In this document: in pieces, positions 56,262-64,000 of the stretch | Numbering within the stretch: position 1 is the stretch's first letter | Layout: the number at the start of each line of letters is the position of its first letter | Source: the human T2T-CHM13v2.0 reference genome, Homo sapiens | Strand: one strand, 5' to 3' | DNA: 64,000 nucleotides | Assembly: GCF_009914755.1 (NCBI RefSeq) | Contig: NC_060938.1 | The notes under the pieces: model-generated | Told to the model about the DNA's origin: nothing | Database searches by the model: none | The model's input: only the letters and a program-made list of their open reading frames with translations | Made by a program: the position numbers and the translations under genes

Positions 56262-56445
56262 AAGTGGATCTCAGCACTGGCAGCACATTAGAACCTCTGG
56301 GAGCTTTAAAAAATACTAATGCCTGGGCCTTGTACCAAGGGATTTCAATTTAATTGATCTTGGATGGGGTCCAGCATTGGTATTAAAAAAAAAAAAAGAC
56401 CTTTTCAGGTAATTTTAATGGGCACTCAAGGCTGAGAATTACTGA
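56262..56445. mobile_element. MER5-type hAT-Charlie element
   Basis: agtggatctcagc...cacattagaacctctgggagctttaaaaaatactaatgcctgggcc...gctgagaattactg. Confidence 0.7.
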
Positions 56446-57018
56446 AGAGCAATTTAGAATTCCTTAAACTTCTAGTAGGAGCCATTGCCTGGGGATTTTT
56501 TTTCTCACTGAACATAGAAGCTGCAAGAGTCTATGGAAACTCAGAAATGTGTCAGCCTTCCACATGCACTTCCTCACAGCTTCTCTCAGGTATTTGGTTA
56601 CTGGAATGTTTTAGGTTTCACTTTAGAACCCGTTTTCTTTGATATGGCCCTTTGGACAGTTCTGCTTATAACAGTTTCCTTTAAACAAGTGGAAGAAAAA
56701 TTCTGCTCTGTGGATTTTAATTTGTTTTTGATATTCATCTACAAGACTCTGGGCAAGGTGAAAGCTGGAGAAATGTTGCTTAGTGCTGCTTCATTTTAAA
56801 CATGACACCCCACCCCCCAACCTTGGTTTCTGGTTTTCATAGTTTTTTCTGCCTTGGAAGGATTTCAGCAAAATCTTGTTTTAGTTAAAGCATTTTTTAT
56901 TTAAAGGTGTTGGTAGATTTTTCCTCCTAACCATAGAAAGCCTGCCTTTTCTAACTTTAGGGTAGAAGTGTAATCTTTGATTTATTCTACTCCCTGTGCA
57001 CGTGAGCTTTTCTTTTAA

Positions 57019-57455
<437 letters not shown>

Positions 57456-57597
57456 TAAATGGAACTTTTGATTTTATAAGCTTTAAAATTTTTATTTTAT
57501 ATTAAATTTTACAATTTCCAACTTCCGGAATAAACTATTTATGAGACATGCTATTAAGAGACTATCAAGATCAAGGCTGTTACTATTGCTGGGCTGT

Positions 57598-57894
57598 GAC
57601 TGGACACGGTGGCTCATGCCTGTAATCCCAAGACTTTGGGAGGCCGAGGGTGGATCACTTGAGCTCAGGAGTTTGAGACCAGCCTGGGCAACATGGCAAA
57701 ACCCATCTCTACCAAAAATACAAAAAATTAGCTGGTCATGGTTGCACACACCTGTAGCCCCAGCTACTCAAGAGGGTGAGGTGAGAGGATCGCTTGAGCC
57801 CAGGATGTCAAGACTGCAGTGAGCCGTGGTTGTGCCACTGCACTCCAGCCTGGGTGACAGAATGAGACCGTGTCTCAAAAAAAAAAAAAAAAAA
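57598..57894 (+). mobile_element. Alu (AluJ-like)
   Basis: TSD attgctg(g/a)gct. Confidence 0.92.
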
Positions 57895-57949
57895 ATTGCT
57901 GAGCTATCATGCCTTAACACTAGGTAACGTGTTTAAAATGTTCCTTTCT

Positions 57950-58276
<327 letters not shown>

Positions 58277-58491
58277 CTAAATTCGTTCTTTGTATACTTT
58301 AATAGAATCTTGAATAAATATTTTTATTCTTAGAAGATTATTTCAATATGTTTCTTATTGCTTACAGATTTCTGGTTCCTTGATAACTTTAAAATGCTAA
58401 ACATATATCTTAAGATCTTTTATTGTTTTTCTATTAACTCAAAACATTTTAAAAATAAGTAAAGTAGCATTTTTAAGTTCATAGTGTATTA

Positions 58492-58850
<359 letters not shown>

Positions 58851-60854
58851 TTAAAAGATGTCCTGATGCTGTGGTATTTCCTTATATGTGAGTAACTTGA
58901 ACAATAATGGAGAGTACAGTCCTTAATATTTCTGCGATGTTACTAAGAGAAAACTCACTGAAGCATTCTTTTCTATCATATATCCATATGTGCATCTGTT
59001 TAACAAACATGAAGTATGAAGGACATGGGGTGTACAGTGTGGCGTGGATCCTCAGGGGGAGGCTGGGCAGTCACCTCAGGATTTGTCATTCCTGCTTTTG
59101 GTCATATGCCTCTCCTGGAGGACAGAGATTAACCATAAGAAATTCTGTCTCCCCCTAATATGGAATCCTCATTTGATCATTAAACATCAGTTGCACAGTA
59201 GTTTTTGAAGACTCTATTAGAAATGCACTAGAGAAAAGCCAATTTTCTAATGAGAAATCTGATCATTATTGTTCAGGGAATTTCATGAAGGCAGTGTTTT
59301 TATTTGACCTAGGTAGGAGAATGAGGGGTAGATTTTAAGTGTCAGACTGTCAAATCTTTGAGAATCATCAGCCTGTGTCTGTATTCTTTTTAAAATAATT
59401 TTTTCTTCTTGTCCTGAAGTGTTTACCTGGAAACAATAGGAAATATTAGCCAGAGTACAGATGCCCCCTTATGAGGCCTGTAAATATTGTAAAGCTATTT
59501 GATGGTCCTCTAATTACCAAGACAGCAAGCAAATCAGAGCTCTTTTTCTGGGTCTTTATAGTATGAATGGTGACATTTATAATTTCAGCCATAGTGAGGA
59601 ATAAGTTATTGATACATCTCTGGAATTCAGGGACCCCTAACCAAAGTTAAAACCCTCAAGCAGTTCAGTACGCTCCTACCATCTCCTGGGAGTTCACTAA
59701 CGAGACTTCTGAAGAGACCCAAATGATGAGACTGAACAGGACTTAAAATCTTCAAAGGAGCTGGTAAGGAGTCTATGTACCAGGAATACATGCACCCCAG
59801 GAGTAGTTCTCAGTATACATAGAGGTCACAGGTAAAGAACAGGCCCACTGGCCCCATAATTAATATATATGTAAAGAGTTGAAAGTGTATGTCTTTTTCC
59901 CAGAATTATGAAGATAAACTATTTGAGTTGGCATCTTGTATCCTATTTTTCCTGAACATGGACATTTTTCTATTTTTTACAAGGTGCTACATTATAAGTA
60001 AATATGTAAATTGTAATATAAGAGGTATTTCTATCATCAGGATAGTTGTATAGGATTGCTTGTCAAGCTTGATAAGTAATTTTATTTCCTTTGGTCACAT
60101 TCCCCAATAGTCGGACGGGTTATAAAAGTACCACGGACACTCGAGGTAATTTAAAATGTGATTGGGTTGACTTTTCTCTCCAGATAAAATATCGACTGTG
60201 TGTAGTTTTATGTAATTACAACAACAGCCTGAGTAGCTGAGTCTAGAGATATTTGTGGTATGCTCTAAAGTATATAGAAGATGTTCAGATCTTAAACTTG
60301 GTGGATTTGTTTGCTAGCATTAAGCAGAGGTATTCCTATGATTTGAGTGTTGCCTGGAGCTAGAAATGGATAACAGGTCCAGAAAGAGGCAGGTTAGCAG
60401 ATGAAGCTATGGTCTCTCATTCTTAAAAACAAGGTAGTGGAAACGTATTTTGCTTCAAAAAAGGAAGGAGAAAAAAATGAAAAGTAGAGTCATAGAAAAG
60501 GAAAGCAATAGCTTTTAGTTACACAGCAATTTTACACGGGAGTCAGTTCATTTGATTGGGCATAACAAAAATATCTGGGTTTTTTTTTTTTTTTCATTGT
60601 CTTGGGTGGAATTTGCACTTACAAAGCTGTCTGCTTGACCTGAAGATCTCAGGTAAGCTGTTTGTGCCTTGAAACCAGCTTCTGGAGGCTTGTTGGTTAG
60701 CCTCAACTTGCGGTCACTCATGGGAGTAGAAGTCCATTGGTTTTAGTTGAAAGTTCATTTTCATTATGACACATGTAACTGTGGGTCAATTGTAGCTGTT
60801 GTCAAGAGGACCTGAAGTGGCTCATTCCAATAACGTTCTAATGCATTTTTGTGT

Positions 60855-61385
60855 CTGTGTCAATTAGCATTTTCTGTAGGACAAACCACCCCAAACTAAG
60901 TAGCTTAAAACAATCATTTATTTACTCATGATTTTGGGGATGAGCAATTTGGGCTGGGCTCAACTAGGACAACTTTGCTTTGCTCCACATGGTGTTGTCT
61001 GACCCTCACACATGAATTTACACTCAATTGATAGTTGATGGCCTCACATATCTGGTGGTTGCTGGCTGTTGGCAGGGAAATGGAGGTAACTGGGTCATGT
61101 GTCTCTCATTATCCAAGAGGCTAGCCCAAGTCCATTTATGTGATGTTGATCTGAGAGTGCCTATGAGCAGTAAGAGAGGGCGAGCTTCAGTATGCAAGCA
61201 GCGTTCAAGCCTCTGCTTGTGTCATATTGCTAATGCCTTGTTGCCCAAACTAAGTCATATGTCCAAGCCCAGACTCAAAGAGTAGATAATTAGACTGTAT
61301 TTCTTGGTGGGCAGATTTGTATAGTCGCATACTAGGGAACATGCATATGGAATGGGAAGAATTTGTGGCCACTTTTGCAACTTAA
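60855..61385 (-). mobile_element. MLT1-type (ERVL-MaLR) solo LTR
   Basis: acaaaccaccccaaact...agcttaaaacaatcatttatttactcatgatt...gggctgggctca...gggaagaatttgtggccacttttgcaa. Confidence 0.75.
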
Positions 61386-61707
61386 AAAACATTGATTTCT
61401 CTTCTAGTGGAACTGGTCACTGAACTAGAATTCATATAAAGGTTTGAGTGATGCCTCCTTTGGAAAGGCGGCTTGTACCTACTCTGCACAAAACCATATG
61501 CTAATGAGCTTCTGACAGTATTTAGCTAAATCTGCATGTGACAAAAAATAGTTCTTGGTAGAGTTATTCCTAACCACATAGGGCATGCTATAAATGATGT
61601 CCTAGAGAGAAAATCTGCATGAGCTCTGAGGAGGTAGTCTTGTGGCCATTAACACTGGTGGCAAAACATTAGGCTAAGGCAGATTAGGGATTTTTGATAC
61701 TTTAGAC

Positions 61708-61916
61708 CTGGAGTCAGCACATTTTCTCAGTAAAAGGCCAGATAGTAAATCTTCTTGGCTTTGAAGGCCTCATGTGGTCTCTGTCACATAGTCCATATCC
61801 ATCTTTGTTTTTTCTATAAACTTTTAAAATATGTAAGAAAAATTTTTTAGCTCATGGACCGTATGAAAAGACTTCAGGCCAGATTTGGCCCATGGGCTGT
61901 AGTGTGCCAGCCCCTG
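61708..61916 (+). mobile_element. MER58-type hAT-Charlie element
   Basis: gtaaaaggccagatagtaaat ... gccagatttggcccatgggctgtagtgtgccagcccctg. Confidence 0.8.
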
Positions 61917-62124
61917 ATTGGGACAGCTTTTGTTTCAGCACCTCCATTTGTTCTTTTTTTACCTTTCCTGAATGGAGAGTAGTTTTTGTGTTAGGAGAGA
62001 AATTCTGCAGAATCCTATAGGACTGTTATGGTGAAATGAGTTCCACAGTCACTGAATAGAAGTAGGAATTCCCTGTATTGGGAACACAAAGTCTAGCAAT
62101 GTTTTCTTTCTGAAACATCTGTAG

Positions 62125-62445
<321 letters not shown>

Positions 62446-63529
62446 CATCTGTAGCTTTTCATCAAGGAACAGGTTCTATCCATCCTGATAACAGACTACT
62501 ACTAATATATATTTATAACTTAATGACCTGGATAGTTGCATAAAACCCATTTGTAAATTCTGAAAGGGATTTGAGGAGTTTATTTTGTTTTACCTTTTCG
62601 GTTATAACTGGGTTATGTTAGTTATAGATGAGACATTATTCTACCACTTCCTGATCGAATTTTGATTTTTTTCATTATTTATTTACCATGGAGCTTAATT
62701 TGATTCTTTCATGATGCAAAAAATCATGGGTCAAGTTAGCATCCATTTGATGGATCATGCCACTCCCAGGCTGCTGTCAGAGACTGCCAGCACCCAGCTT
62801 TATGAAGAAAATGTCTCTGTAACTGCCAATATTGTTTCTCAGAAGGCTGGATTGATTGTTATGAGCCAATTATAGCTTGTCTAAATTGAGACAATTTTCC
62901 TTCCAAGTGGGGATAGATGTCAATTTGATGGAACTCTTTGTAGTTGGGGTAATAAAAGCTACTTGTTTAGCATTTGAGCTAGCAAAGGCATTGTCATTGG
63001 TTTTCAGTGTAGTAGTTTGTGAGTTTCTAACTTAACTGACACATATTTTTCATATTGAATAGCTTATAATGCATTTTCAATGTCTTTACCATTTTTAGTA
63101 GTTTTAGTGTCTTTACCATTTTCAATCAGAGTAACTTAAAAAGTAAAAATATCCACTTTGTTTCTTTAACATCCCACAGTTATGAGCAATTCCAAATGCA
63201 TATCTACTGTCTGTTTAGTGTTTACAATTTCTTCTTTGCCAAAGTGCAAGACCAAGTCAGAGGCATTCATTCATCCACTTGGGCAGACTGAACATTAGCC
63301 CATGGAGCAGCTTTGATAGCTGCATGTTAGGTATCAACAGAGTATTCTGTACAGAAAATGCCTTTGTTATTTTAAGGTAAGTCATCTACAAATAGTATTA
63401 AGTCAGAATTGACTAAGATTTGATCTGGGCATTCTTGTGTGTTTAGTTTTTACTTTCTACTGCAAATATAATTTATATAGTGAAGTACTAATCTAGTGGA
63501 GAGCTCAATGAATTTCTACTTTTGTCTAT

Positions 63530-64000
<471 letters not shown>

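Overview
Primate (human-like) genomic DNA containing the last five coding exons of KIAA0586 (TALPID3, a centriole/ciliogenesis gene) on the + strand: 5826-6003, 15599-15753, 19566-19671, 47112-47177 and 54824-54975 (stop). All have GT-AG splice sites and compatible phases (0-1, 1-0, 0-1, 1-1, 1-stop), followed by a short 3'UTR and about 9 kb of downstream sequence. The gene identity comes from my recognition of the spliced peptide, not a database search. The introns are rich in repeats: about 30 Alu/FLAM/FRAM elements, a full-length but dead sense-strand L1PA7-like element, old L1M, L2, MIR, MLT1 LTRs, and MER82/MER5/MER58 DNA transposons. A sense-oriented processed HNRNPC pseudogene with target-site duplications (TSDs) lies at 28.07-29.70 kb. 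Most ORF-track entries are repeat-derived noise. I found no convincing new multi-gene system. The best leads are: (i) unannotated-looking, phase-compatible splice units in the 27-kb penultimate intron that could diversify the TALPID3 C-terminus, including an in-frame terminal exon inside the HNRNPC retrocopy and a 20-nt microexon chain; (ii) a 67-bp inverted duplication spanning a MER82 junction; (iii) a 153-bp foreign insert in L1 ORF1. These are sequence-based hypotheses that need RNA-seq or comparative data. Repeat subfamily calls and boundaries are approximate.
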